Shown here in pieces: positions 51,425 to 60,886 of a stretch of 64,000 nucleotides of DNA (position 1 is its first letter; each line of letters starts with the position of its first letter). Both the position numbers and the translations under genes were made by a program. The stretch spans positions 114,724-178,723 of the forward strand of contig JAICWO010000004.1 of assembly GCA_025934775.1 (NCBI GenBank), in the 5' to 3' direction. The stretch comes from Gemmatimonadaceae bacterium (lineage in GTDB: Bacteria; Gemmatimonadota; Gemmatimonadetes; Gemmatimonadales; Gemmatimonadaceae). The notes below the pieces were generated by a model. That model was given only the letters and a program-made list of their open reading frames with translations. It did no database searches and had not been told where the DNA came from.

Positions 51425-51626
51425 AGGCGGAGGTTGTCGAAGGCGGAGGCTGTCGAAGGCGGAGGTTTGAGGCTGGAGGTTGGAGGTTTGACATGACCGG
51501 TGGTGCGTAGAGCATTGTCTAATAGCGCGATCCAACCGCCAGCCACTCGCTTGTAGCCTCGTGCGCTAAGTCTCCAACCTTCCGCCTCCAACCCTCCCGA
51601 CTCCAACCTCCAACCTCCAGCCTCCG
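51425..51626. repeat. inverted arrays: five GGAGG (51425-51491) facing five CCTCC (51571-51626)
   Basis: Left: AGGCGGAGGYTGTCGA x2, then AGGCGGAGGTTTGA and GGCTGGAGGTTGGAGGTTTGA. Right: CCAACCTTCCGCCTCCAACCCTCCCGACTCCAACCTCCAACCTCCAGCCTCC. A 20-nt exact complement (AACCTCCAACCTCCAGCCTC) links the arms. Confidence 0.8.
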
Positions 51627-51631
51627 ATTCA

Positions 51632-54511
51632 ATGTTGTCGCTCGCCACACTCACGCTCCTGCTGCAGGTCGCGACGGCTTCGTCGGCCGCATCCCAGCCT
51701 GCGCTGGCAGCGCGGAATCCCGCATTCGCTCGCGACGGACGACTCGCCGTGAGCGTGGAGGGCGATCTGTGGGTGAGAGCGACGGCTGGGCAATGGACAC
51801 GGATCACCTCGGGCGGCGCGTGGGATCGCGAGCCGGCGTGGACACCAGATGGCAGTGCGATCGTCTATTCATCCGACCAGTCCGGTACCTTCGCGCTCTG
51901 GCGTGTTGGCGTCGGACCGAGCGGCGCGACGGGCGAACCGACGCGGCTCACGACATCGACGCTCCCTGGTGGAGAGCCGATCGTGGCGCGCGACGGGCGA
52001 GTCGTCTTCGTGCGCGGCCGACTCGGTGCGGCGCGTCTGTGGGTGCTCGGCGCCGACGGGTCGGCATCACGATTCACGAAAGACACGGTGGTCGAAGAGT
52101 GGCCAGCGATCTCGGCGGACGGTGCACGGATCGCGTACGTCGCCGTCTCCGGTGCGTCGCGCACCCTCCGCATTCGAGATCTCTCGAGCGGCGCGGAATC
52201 GGTGGTGCTGAGCGATCCCCGCATCGAGCATCCGGCGTGGGCGCCGGCCGGCGATCGACTCTCCTGGACCGCGACCGGGCCTCGCGGCGCCGTGTACGTC
52301 ACGGCCGTCGACGGCCGATATACGAATCTCGTGAGCAGCCGGCACGCGGAGTCGGCTTGGAGCCCGGACGGCAAATCGCTCGCGCTCGCCGAGCTTCCCG
52401 CGAGTGAGGCGATCGCGCGCGTGGCGTACAACGGCGATCCGGATCGCACAGGCGATCGGGAGGCAAATCTCCTGGCGCCGAACACAGGCCATCTGTGGAC
52501 CGTCGAGGCGCCGAACGCGCCGGACGAAGCACTCGCCGAACAGGCGGCCGCGGCGATCGTGACGGATCGGGCGCAGCGAAACGCGGACGCCTTCGATCAG
52601 GTGTGGAATCGCACCGCGTCGCTGTACTACTCGTCGCCCGGCGCGGCGCCGCGACGCGCGCAGTGGGTCGCGCTCGCCGGCAAGTATCGTCCGCGCGCGC
52701 TCGCGGCAAAGGACGACGATGAGCTCGAGACCGTGCTGCACGAGATGCTCTCGCATCATCCAGCGTATCGTCAGCCAGCGATCGGGCGAGCCGCGGTATC
52801 GAGCGCGAATCCCGTCGCCACCGCAGCCGGCATCGAGATGCTCGCCAAGGGCGGCAACGTCGTTGACGCGGCGGTCGCGGTCTCGTTCGCGCTCGCCGTC
52901 GTAGAGCCGGACGCGAGTGGGCCGGGCGGCTATGGGCAGATGCTCGTCTACCGCAAAGGGATGGATCGTCCGCAGCTCATCGAGTTCATGACGCGCGTGC
53001 CGGAGGACGCGGGGCTCGAGAACACCAAGCTGCTGCAGAACGGCCGCCTCCCCGACGGCGGCCCGGCGGTGGTGAACGTGCCTGGCACCGTCGCAGCGAT
53101 GTATCTCGCATGGCAGAAGTACGGCAGCAAAAAGCTCGCGTGGTCGGATCTGCTGCAGCCGGCGATTCACGCCGCGCGCGACGGCTACGTCGTGAGCGAC
53201 GGCCTCGCGACGACGCTCGAGACCGAGCGCGACCAATTTCTGAAATATCCCGGCAGCCGTGCGCTCTTCTTCCGCAACGGCGAGCCGCTGCACGCGGGCG
53301 ACACGCTCGTGAACCGCGATCTCGCGTGGACGCTCGAACAGATCGCGAAAGGCGGCGCGGACGCGTTCTACAAAGGAGAGATCGCGCAGCGGCTGGTGAG
53401 CGACCTGCACGCGCACGGCAACGCGATGAAGCTCAGCGATCTCGCGCGGTACTACGCCGCCGAGCGGGAGCCCGTCGCCGGCGAGTATCGCGGGTACACG
53501 TTCTACTCGAGCGCGCCTCCGGTCTCCGGCGGTGCGGAGCTGGCGGCGAAGTTCAATCTGCTCGAGCAGTATCGCGATCCCAAGCCGTACACCGAGGACG
53601 CCGGGACGCTGCACGCGATGATCGCCGCCTGGCAGCTCGTGCCGAGTACACGGAACCGAATCGCCGATCCGGGACTGTGGCCGGTGAACATCGAGCCGTT
53701 CACGAGCAAGGACACGGCGCGCGTGCGGTGGGCGTGCTTCGATCCGAACAAGGCGATCGACCCGGCGGCGCTGCGCGGCGACACGCTCGTCTGCGGGAGC
53801 GCGCGTCACACGGCGAGCATCGAGCTGTCGCGCCCGCCGCAGTGCGAGTCCCACGGCTACGGCGCGCACCAGGCCTCCTCCTGCCGCTCGGCGGGCACGA
53901 CGGCCTTCACCGTCGCCGACGCGGCCGGCAACGTCGTCGCGGTCACGCAGACGCTCGGCACCTGGGGCGGCAACTTCTACGTGACGCCGGAACTAGGATT
54001 TTTATATAACGATAAACTATCCTCCTACGCGACGGACCCCGGCGCGTACGGCGCGCGGCTGCCGTTCGCGCGCCACGGCAGCACGATCGCCCCGACGATC
54101 GTCTTCGAGGGCCGCGGCGCGGCGAGTCATCCGGTGATGGCGCTCGGCGCGGCGGGGAACGCCTGGATCACGTCAGCGGTGTATCAGACGCTGGAGGGCA
54201 TGATCGACCAGCACCTCGATCCGCAGGCCGCGCTCGAGCTTCCGAGATTCCTCATCAGCGGCGGTTTCGGCGGCCGAGTTGGGCGTGGCGGCGCGGGCGC
54301 GGCGCCGCCGACCGGCGCGACGATCCAGCTCGAGGACGGGTTTTCCCCCGCGGTCATGAAGCGGCTCGAGGCACTCGGCTATCGCACGCAGATCGTGTCG
54401 CTCATGGGCGAGTTGCGGGAGGGGTACGGTGCCGCGGTGAAGATCGAGAACGGGCACGTGCTCGCGGGTGCGGATCCGCGTCGCGCCGGCGCCGCCGCGG
54501 CGATTCCTTGA
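51632..54511 (+). CDS. ggt: gamma-glutamyltransferase fused to an N-terminal TolB-like PD40 beta-propeller
   Basis: PD40 repeats (PAWTPDGSAIVYSSD, PAISADGARIAYV, PAWAPAGDRLSW, SAWSPDGKSLAL), then the GGT large subunit (ANPVATAAGIEMLAKGGNVVDAAVA) and a Thr nucleophile context (AGTTAFTVADAAGNVVAVTQT). Confidence 0.85.
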   Translation: MLSLATLTLLLQVATASSAASQPALAARNPAFARDGRLAVSVEGDLWVRATAGQWTRITSGGAWDREPAWTPDGSAIVYSSDQSGTFALWRVGVGPSGATGEPTRLTTSTLPGGEPIVARDGRVVFVRGRLGAARLWVLGADGSASRFTKDTVVEEWPAISADGARIAYVAVSGASRTLRIRDLSSGAESVVLSDPRIEHPAWAPAGDRLSWTATGPRGAVYVTAVDGRYTNLVSSRHAESAWSPDGKSLALAELPASEAIARVAYNGDPDRTGDREANLLAPNTGHLWTVEAPNAPDEALAEQAAAAIVTDRAQRNADAFDQVWNRTASLYYSSPGAAPRRAQWVALAGKYRPRALAAKDDDELETVLHEMLSHHPAYRQPAIGRAAVSSANPVATAAGIEMLAKGGNVVDAAVAVSFALAVVEPDASGPGGYGQMLVYRKGMDRPQLIEFMTRVPEDAGLENTKLLQNGRLPDGGPAVVNVPGTVAAMYLAWQKYGSKKLAWSDLLQPAIHAARDGYVVSDGLATTLETERDQFLKYPGSRALFFRNGEPLHAGDTLVNRDLAWTLEQIAKGGADAFYKGEIAQRLVSDLHAHGNAMKLSDLARYYAAEREPVAGEYRGYTFYSSAPPVSGGAELAAKFNLLEQYRDPKPYTEDAGTLHAMIAAWQLVPSTRNRIADPGLWPVNIEPFTSKDTARVRWACFDPNKAIDPAALRGDTLVCGSARHTASIELSRPPQCESHGYGAHQASSCRSAGTTAFTVADAAGNVVAVTQTLGTWGGNFYVTPELGFLYNDKLSSYATDPGAYGARLPFARHGSTIAPTIVFEGRGAASHPVMALGAAGNAWITSAVYQTLEGMIDQHLDPQAALELPRFLISGGFGGRVGRGGAGAAPPTGATIQLEDGFSPAVMKRLEALGYRTQIVSLMGELREGYGAAVKIENGHVLAGADPRRAGAAAAIP

Positions 54512-54674
54512 CTCCGAACGGCTGTCTCACGCGAGAGACACCGCCGTCACCGCAAAGAGACGCGGATTGTGATTAACCGCACAAATCACGGGTTAACTCC
54601 TGGCCTTGGGCGTGCCTCTTCTACGTCTCGCGTATCGCGCGCATGGGCGCGCGAGCGCACAAGCGGGAGGACCT

Positions 54675-55319
54675 GTGCGAACGACCATCAAATGGACGCT
54701 AGTGTCGCTAGCCGTAGTCGCGGCTGCGTGCAGCAAGGGAAAGCAGCAGAACGCGACCGCGCTGAGCGACGATCTGAAGCGCGATCTGCAGCTCGCGACG
54801 CAGACTCAGAATATTCAGATCAGTCCGGACGAGGTGACGCCGCAGGCCAAACAGGCGCCGGCCGTCCGGCTGAAGAGCGCGCCCCATGGGACCAAGGTGG
54901 TTCGCGGCGAGCATCCGAAGGTGAAGGCGTCGCCCAAGCCGGTGGAAGTCGCGGAAGCGAAGACCGACATCCCGCAGGTCGAGGTGACGCAGGCCGCGCC
55001 GGCTCCATCGCAGACGCAGGCGCCCGACGCGCCGCCAATGGCTCGCCCGTCGCCGATTCCGTCGAGCACGTACCCGGGCTCTTCGCCGGGCGCGGGCCAG
55101 GGGAACGGCCGGACTCGCGGTGATGGCGGCGGTCCGGGCATCGGCGCCACGATCGGCGGAATTCTTGGCGGAATCCTGATCGGCGGCGACGACGACCACT
55201 GCGAGCCGCCAGGCCGGCGGGGCCGCCGCGGAACGGTGGGCGGCGTCTACGGCGGCGGCGGCTCGTGGCCGATGGGCGGCGGCATGGGCGGCCGCATCCC
55301 GGTGATCATCCGGCCATAA
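54675..55319 (+). CDS. lipoprotein with Pro/Ala-rich linker and Gly-rich C-terminus
   Basis: GTG at 54675 after GGGAGGA. Lipobox VVAAAC. C-terminus is GGILGGILIGGDDDHCEPPGRRG...GGGGSWPMGGGMGG. Confidence 0.5.
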   Translation: MRTTIKWTLVSLAVVAAACSKGKQQNATALSDDLKRDLQLATQTQNIQISPDEVTPQAKQAPAVRLKSAPHGTKVVRGEHPKVKASPKPVEVAEAKTDIPQVEVTQAAPAPSQTQAPDAPPMARPSPIPSSTYPGSSPGAGQGNGRTRGDGGGPGIGATIGGILGGILIGGDDDHCEPPGRRGRRGTVGGVYGGGGSWPMGGGMGGRIPVIIRP

Positions 55320-55342
55320 GCAATAACTCATTCACGTTTGAT

Positions 55343-55371
55343 CAATCGCCGCGGCTCAGCCGCGGCGATTG
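55343..55371 (+). terminator. terminator-like hairpin (13-bp perfect stem)
   Basis: CAATCGCCGCGGC-TCA-GCCGCGGCGATTG, 24 nt after the stop at 55319. Confidence 0.6.
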
Positions 55372-55529
55372 TCGTATCGGGGAGCCCGCCAGGCGGCGAG
55401 CCGGCGCCGTGCTTCCTTGCCTGACGGGATGGCGGGTCGGGACCCGGGGTCTCAAACTAAAGCCACGCTGCGGCTGTCGAACCAGGACGTTCGCGCCGCG
55501 CCGACTTCTCCGCCCACCCCGCTTGCCCG

Positions 55530-57959
55530 ATGGAAGCCATCCTTCGCGACATCAGCTACAGCCTGCGCCGCCTGCGCAAGGCGCCCGTGTTCACCGCGAT
55601 CGTGATCGTCACGCTCGCCCTCGGGATCGGGGCGAACACGGCGATCTTCACGGTCGTGAACACGGTGCTCCTCCGGCCGCTTCCCTACCGCGCTCCCGAG
55701 CAGCTCGTCACGATCGAACACTATTATCCCGACCTGAACGGGATGGAGGCGCCTGTCTCGGCGCGCGGCTTTCGCGATTATCGCGACAAGACGCACAGCT
55801 TCGCGGCGGTTGGCGTCGAAGCCGCGTTCGGAGCGAACCTGACGGGATCCGGCACACCCGAACGCGTGCCCGGCGTGCGCGTCTCCGGCGACTGGTTCCG
55901 GACGCTCGGCGTCTCGCCGCTCGCAGGCCGCACGCTGACGCGTGACGACGACGTCCCCGGACGCGAGCACGTCGTGGTGCTGTCGTACGGGATGTGGCTT
56001 CGCCTCTTCGCCGGCCGCAACGTGCTCGGCCAGCAGGTCGAGCTGAACGACGAACCGTATCAGATCGTCGGTGTGACGCCAGAGGGGTTTCACGCCTTTT
56101 TCTCGCGCAACGCCGAGTTCTTCGTGCCGCTCGCGCTCGACGCGGCGGCGTTCAATCGCGGCTACACCAGCGAATATCTGAACGCGGTCGCGCGCCTGGC
56201 GAGCGGCGTCACCCTCGAGCGGGCGCAAGCCGAGATGACGACGTTCGCCACGAATCTCAAGCGCGCGAACCCGACCAGCTTCAGCCCGCACTGGACGATT
56301 AAGGTCCGGTCGCTCGACGACATCACGACGGCGAAGATCCGCCCCGCGCTGCTCGTCCTGCTCGGCGCCGTGGGGTTCGTGCTGCTCATCGCCTGCGCGA
56401 ACGTCGCGAACCTGCTGCTGGCGCGCGCGGCGATTCGCATCAAGGAGATCGCGATCCGCGCGGCGCTCGGCGCCGAGCGCGGCGCGCTCGTTCGACAGTT
56501 GCTCACGGAGAGCGTGCTCCTCTCGATCACGGGCGGCATCCTCGGGCTCGGACTCGCGCAGTTCAGTGTCAAGTCGCTCGTCGCGCTCAACCCGAGCCTG
56601 CCGCGCGCATCGGAGATTCACGTCGACGCGCGCGTCATGGTGTTCACGCTCCTCGTCTCGGTGATCACCGGGCTGCTGTTCGGCCTCGCGCCGTCGCTCC
56701 AGGCGTCCCGCGCGAACTTGCAGGAGACGCTGCGCGACGGGACGCGCGGCGGCATGGCCGACTTCGCCGGACGCGGGCTGCGCCGCGGACTCGTCGTGGC
56801 GGAAGTGGCGCTCGCGCTCACGCTGCTCACGGGCGCGGGGCTGCTCATCCAGAGCGTCGTTCGGCTGCAGAACGTGAGTCCGGGCTTCGATCCGCACAAC
56901 GTGCTCGTCTTCAATCTCAATCTTCCCGACGTGAAGTACGCGAACGACACGGCGCGCGTGCTGTTCACGCAGGAGCTCTTGCCCAGGCTCAACGCGCTGC
57001 CGGGTGTTCGCGCGGCCGGGATCACGTCGGTCATTCCATTCGGCGGCGGGTGGTCGACGTCGAGCTTCGAGATCGAGGGACTCACCGTCGCGCCCGGACA
57101 GAACGGGCCGTGGGGGGACATTCGCGTCGTGTCGCCCGAGTTCTTCTCGGCGCTGCGGATCCCGCTCCGCCGCGGGCGGCTGTTCAATCGCGACGACACG
57201 CCGGCGTCGCCGCGAGTCGCGGTGATCGATGAGCAATTCGTGAAGAAGTATTTTCCGAATACCGATCCGATCGGAAAGCGGATCACGTTCGGGCCGCAGC
57301 GTGGACAGACGGATTCGACGTGGATCACGATCGTGGGCGTGGTTGGGCACGCCGCGCACGAGGGGCTCGATGCCGAGCCGCGCATCCAGTACTACTTCCC
57401 CGTCGCGCAGGCGCCGCTCCGGCAGATGACCGTCGCCATGCGCACCGCGGGCGATCCGATGTCGGCGCTGTCCGCGGCGCGGCAAGCGGTGCAGTCGGTC
57501 GATCGCGAGCTGCCGCTGTCGAACGTGAACACGCTCGACACGCTCGTCGAGAATTCGGTCGGGCAGCGGCGGCTGTCGATGATCCTTCTCGCGGGCTTCT
57601 CGATCATCGCTCTCGTGCTCGCGTCGATCGGCATCTACGGCGTGATGAGCTACGCGGTCACGCAACGCACGCGCGAGCTGGGCATCCGCATGGCGCTCGG
57701 CGCCGCGCGGACGCGGGTGCTGGGCCTCGTCGTTGGTCAGGGGATGGCGCTCACCGGCGCCGGCGTGGCGATCGGCCTCGTCGCCGCGTTCGGGCTCACG
57801 CGTCTGCTCGGGAGTCAGTTGTACGGCGTCGCCGCCACGGATCCGGTGACGTTCGTGGCGACGGCGGGCGCGCTCATCGCGGTCGCATTGGCGGCGACGC
57901 TCGTTCCGGCGCTTCGCGCCACGCGCGTCGATCCCGTCGTGGCACTGCGCGACGAGTAG
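55530..57959 (+). CDS. second duplicated FtsX/MacB-type permease (ADOP type), with no adjacent PadR or ATPase
   Basis: 809 aa. LRRLRKAPVFTAIVIVTLALGIGANTAIF opening and two FtsX modules (LIACANVANLLLARA; RTRELGIRMALGA). Confidence 0.9.
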   Translation: MEAILRDISYSLRRLRKAPVFTAIVIVTLALGIGANTAIFTVVNTVLLRPLPYRAPEQLVTIEHYYPDLNGMEAPVSARGFRDYRDKTHSFAAVGVEAAFGANLTGSGTPERVPGVRVSGDWFRTLGVSPLAGRTLTRDDDVPGREHVVVLSYGMWLRLFAGRNVLGQQVELNDEPYQIVGVTPEGFHAFFSRNAEFFVPLALDAAAFNRGYTSEYLNAVARLASGVTLERAQAEMTTFATNLKRANPTSFSPHWTIKVRSLDDITTAKIRPALLVLLGAVGFVLLIACANVANLLLARAAIRIKEIAIRAALGAERGALVRQLLTESVLLSITGGILGLGLAQFSVKSLVALNPSLPRASEIHVDARVMVFTLLVSVITGLLFGLAPSLQASRANLQETLRDGTRGGMADFAGRGLRRGLVVAEVALALTLLTGAGLLIQSVVRLQNVSPGFDPHNVLVFNLNLPDVKYANDTARVLFTQELLPRLNALPGVRAAGITSVIPFGGGWSTSSFEIEGLTVAPGQNGPWGDIRVVSPEFFSALRIPLRRGRLFNRDDTPASPRVAVIDEQFVKKYFPNTDPIGKRITFGPQRGQTDSTWITIVGVVGHAAHEGLDAEPRIQYYFPVAQAPLRQMTVAMRTAGDPMSALSAARQAVQSVDRELPLSNVNTLDTLVENSVGQRRLSMILLAGFSIIALVLASIGIYGVMSYAVTQRTRELGIRMALGAARTRVLGLVVGQGMALTGAGVAIGLVAAFGLTRLLGSQLYGVAATDPVTFVATAGALIAVALAATLVPALRATRVDPVVALRDE

Positions 57960-57970
57960 CGCGCACGAGC

Positions 57971-58010
57971 AAATGCGGGTATGGCAATCGTTGCCATACC
58001 CGCATTTTTT
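57971..58010. terminator. bidirectional intrinsic terminator
   Basis: AAATGCGGGTATGGCAA-TCG-TTGCCATACCCGCATTTTTT between convergent genes. Confidence 0.8.
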
Positions 58011-58046
58011 CACTCCGGTTCGCTTGTTACCGCTGTTACCGCACGA

Positions 58047-58817
58047 TTACGGCTTCTTCGTCACCACACCTTTCACCGCGCCCGTGACGGAACCCGTCAC
58101 GCCAGCCGCGGCACCAGCGGCTCCGTGCGCAGCCGCGTTCACGCCCGCCGTTGCGCTGCCGGCCGCGCTTCCCGCTGCACCACTCGCCGTTCCGCTGGCT
58201 GCGCCACTCGCCGCGGCGTCCGGCTTGCCCGCGGTCGCGCCGGCGTCCGCGCTGCCGGTGAGCGAGGTGAGCACGTCATCGCTCGCGCTCGCGTCGAGCT
58301 TGGACTGGATCTGCGCCAGCGCCTTGTCCACCGGCTGGCCGTTCGCTTCGAGTTTGGTCAACACGTTGAATGCGACGGTGAGCGAGCGATCGGCCGGCGC
58401 GTGCTTGGCGAGCGCTTCGATCTGTGCGTCGCTCGCGCCGCGCTCCATCGCCTGCGCGCCGGCGGTGATCTCCTCCGGCTGCGGGTTGGCGCGTCCAGCG
58501 TGCACCATCGCCGACTGCGAAGCTTCCAGGCGCGTTTCAGTCTGCGCGACGGCGTCCGCGACCTGCGCGTCGCTCGCCGATTTCGCCTGACCTTCGGCCA
58601 CGCGCTCGCGCATCGACTGATCGGGCAGGTGCTTCGCGCTCGCCGCCTTGAACGCGGCGTCGATCTTCGCGCGACTCTCGGCCGAGTAACTCGCCGGAAC
58701 GTTCACATTCGTCTGCGCGCTGACCGAAGCCGACGCGGAGGTGGAGGTGGACGCCTGTTGTGCGGCGAGCATGCCCGGAATGAGGGCGGCGGTGATCGTC
58801 AGAGTGTTGATCTTCAT
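58047..58817 (-). CDS. hypothetical secreted Ala/Ser/Gly-rich protein
   Basis: ATG at 58817 after GGGAGG. Signal peptide MKINTLTITAALIPGMLAAQ, a helical Ala/Gln/Asp-rich core, and a low-complexity A/G/S tail. Confidence 0.55.
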   Translation of the reverse strand: MKINTLTITAALIPGMLAAQQASTSTSASASVSAQTNVNVPASYSAESRAKIDAAFKAASAKHLPDQSMRERVAEGQAKSASDAQVADAVAQTETRLEASQSAMVHAGRANPQPEEITAGAQAMERGASDAQIEALAKHAPADRSLTVAFNVLTKLEANGQPVDKALAQIQSKLDASASDDVLTSLTGSADAGATAGKPDAAASGAASGTASGAAGSAAGSATAGVNAAAHGAAGAAAGVTGSVTGAVKGVVTKKP

Positions 58818-58862
58818 GGTACCTCCCAATGAAGCAGTTCGTTCGACGCGCGATGCGACGGG

Positions 58863-60041
58863 CTATCGCGCGGTGGTGCGCGGCGTGTCGCTCACGATGA
58901 GCCACGCCGATTTGCCGCCGAAGTCATCATCGGCCTGAGCGGCGCCTTCGGGGATCGCCCACGTCGCACCATTGACGCGGAACGAGTAGCGGTATTGTCC
59001 GGGTGGAATGCGCAGATCCACGAACCAGACGCCATTCGTCGCGCGGCGCGCGGCGATCGGATGCCAGTTCGTGAAATCGCCGAGGACCTCGACGCGGGCC
59101 GCGAACTCGGCGCGGATCGCGAGTCGCGTCATTCCCGCGGGGGGTGCGCCGACGCCGTGCGGCTCGTCGACCGCGCGAGGCGATGCGCGTCCGGTGCGCA
59201 GCGACAGCCCCACGTTCAAGTAGTGACCCGCCGGCGTGCCGATGAGGTGGTCCGACGGGTAAGCGCCACCGCTCAACTGCAACGCCGTCGCAGACGTGAC
59301 GGCGATCGACACGAGCGCGCTGCCGAACGTGGTGCGGGCGCCTGGTTCGCTGCGAACGCCGATCGTTCCGCCAATGGCGACGATGCCTTTGAGCACCGAC
59401 GCCGAGGCGCTTCGATCGGTATAGTGGATCGAGTCGACGCCCATCGCCTCCTGCCGGACGCCGACGATCATCGTCTCGCCGTCATCGCTCGCGAGGCGCG
59501 CGTTGGCGCCGAACAGGGCCCCCGCCGCGGTGCGCGATGCGCTGACCGAGCGCGTCGCGACCGACGGCGCCCCAAGGAGGCCCGGGTCGCCGGGCGCGGC
59601 GACCGTCGACGTGACCGCGGCGAGCTGGCCGCGCGCGCCGACGTATCCGGTGATCGGTCCGGCGGAGAGCTCCAGCGCCGGAAGCGCGGAGGCGGTGCTA
59701 TAAGAGAATTGGTATGACGTATTCGTATATCCTGCATCGGCATCGAGCGTGACCGCGGCGAAGCGCGAGAGCGGCAGGCGCGCGGCCAGGCTCGGGCCGC
59801 CGCCAAGCGACCATTGCTGGTTGTCGAAGCGCGTGGCGGTTGCGTCAAGCCCGAGCACGATCCGTGGATCGGGCGTGAACGCGACCGCCGGATTCACCGT
59901 CACGGCGCGCGACGTGATGCCGCGTATGTCAGTGGCGGAGCCGCCGACGACCGACACCGAGCCTTGCGCCTGCTGACTCATGAGCGGCGATGAGAGCGCG
60001 CCATACAGCAGCACAACGAGTACGACTCGTGTGGCCTGCAT
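58863..60041 (-). CDS. secreted beta-rich protein with C-terminal glycogen-binding (AMPK-beta/CBM48-like) module
   Basis: In-frame ATG at 60041 (MQATRVVLVVLLYGALSSPLMSQQ). The C-terminus VEVLGDFTNWHPIAARRATNGVWFVDLRIPPGQYRYSFRVNG resembles the GxFNxW...G.W...L..G.Y.YKF..DG pattern. Confidence 0.6.
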   Translation of the reverse strand: MQATRVVLVVLLYGALSSPLMSQQAQGSVSVVGGSATDIRGITSRAVTVNPAVAFTPDPRIVLGLDATATRFDNQQWSLGGGPSLAARLPLSRFAAVTLDADAGYTNTSYQFSYSTASALPALELSAGPITGYVGARGQLAAVTSTVAAPGDPGLLGAPSVATRSVSASRTAAGALFGANARLASDDGETMIVGVRQEAMGVDSIHYTDRSASASVLKGIVAIGGTIGVRSEPGARTTFGSALVSIAVTSATALQLSGGAYPSDHLIGTPAGHYLNVGLSLRTGRASPRAVDEPHGVGAPPAGMTRLAIRAEFAARVEVLGDFTNWHPIAARRATNGVWFVDLRIPPGQYRYSFRVNGATWAIPEGAAQADDDFGGKSAWLIVSDTPRTTAR

Positions 60042-60258
60042 CGTGTCCCTCGTGAAAGTGGTACGCCGAGGTCGACACGCGAGCGGCGGGCCCTCGCGCC
60101 AGGAACGGAGAACGATCACCCGTGGCGAGTGACGGCTGTCACGCGAAGCCGCACGCCGCGCCGAGCTCGGCAAGGATTTCGATCGGCCCGGAACGAGCTG
60201 TGCTGGCCGGCGATTCGCGGTCTCGCTCTTGCGCTCGATATGCGTAGGAGGAACGAGC

Positions 60259-60843
60259 ATGACCGAGCCATCGAGCTACAATTCGAGTTCTTGGGTCGAG
60301 GAGACCGGGGCGGGGACCGGCGACGCGAGGGAGAACGATCCGCGCGACGCGGGATTCACCGACGAGCAGGATCGCGTCTTCCGATCACACTTTCAGCATG
60401 TGAATCGACTCGCCGACCGGAGCTACGAGCAGGTGCGGCCCGCGTACCGGCTTGGCTTCGAGGCGGCGCGAGACCACGCGGCGAGCGGGCGCTCGTTCGA
60501 CGAGGTCGAGAAGGACCTCGAGGGCGGTTGGCTCAACGTGCGCGTGGGCGACGGCGACTGGGCGTCAGTCCGAGAGCTCGCACACGCCGCGTTCGACACC
60601 GGGCGCCAGGGGCGCATCGGCCGCACGACCGCTGCGGGGACGACGATCTCGCACGATCGGCCGAGCTTCTCCGACCCGGTGCCGGACAACACCGATCCGA
60701 CGGCGCCGGAGAGTCCGGAGCAGACGCTGGAGTATCAACATCAGAACAGCGGCGACGACGAGTGGCTGCCGCCGGATTTGCGGACCGATGATCCGTTCGC
60801 GCCGCCGGGCGCGGTGGATTCGCCGACGGACGCGGAGTTCTGA
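60259..60843 (+). CDS. acidic hypothetical protein with YE..RPAYRLGFEAA...SFDEVE.DLE.GW core
   Basis: ATG at 60259 after AGGAGGAA. The central block resembles a widespread uncharacterised repeat module (PAYRYG...W.E.E..L...W). Confidence 0.55.
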   Translation: MTEPSSYNSSSWVEETGAGTGDARENDPRDAGFTDEQDRVFRSHFQHVNRLADRSYEQVRPAYRLGFEAARDHAASGRSFDEVEKDLEGGWLNVRVGDGDWASVRELAHAAFDTGRQGRIGRTTAAGTTISHDRPSFSDPVPDNTDPTAPESPEQTLEYQHQNSGDDEWLPPDLRTDDPFAPPGAVDSPTDAEF

Positions 60844-60886
60844 GGCGCGGTGTCGGCCAGTAAGTTACTGGTCTCCTCATCTCCGA

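Noticed and set aside
51425-51626. Possibility that the tandem or iterated repeats (GGAGG array here; 15-mers at 20131-20334; CACGG arrays) are CRISPR arrays.
   Set aside because: Units are 7-16 nt with no regularly sized unique spacers, the arrays are mirrored palindromes, and no cas genes are present.
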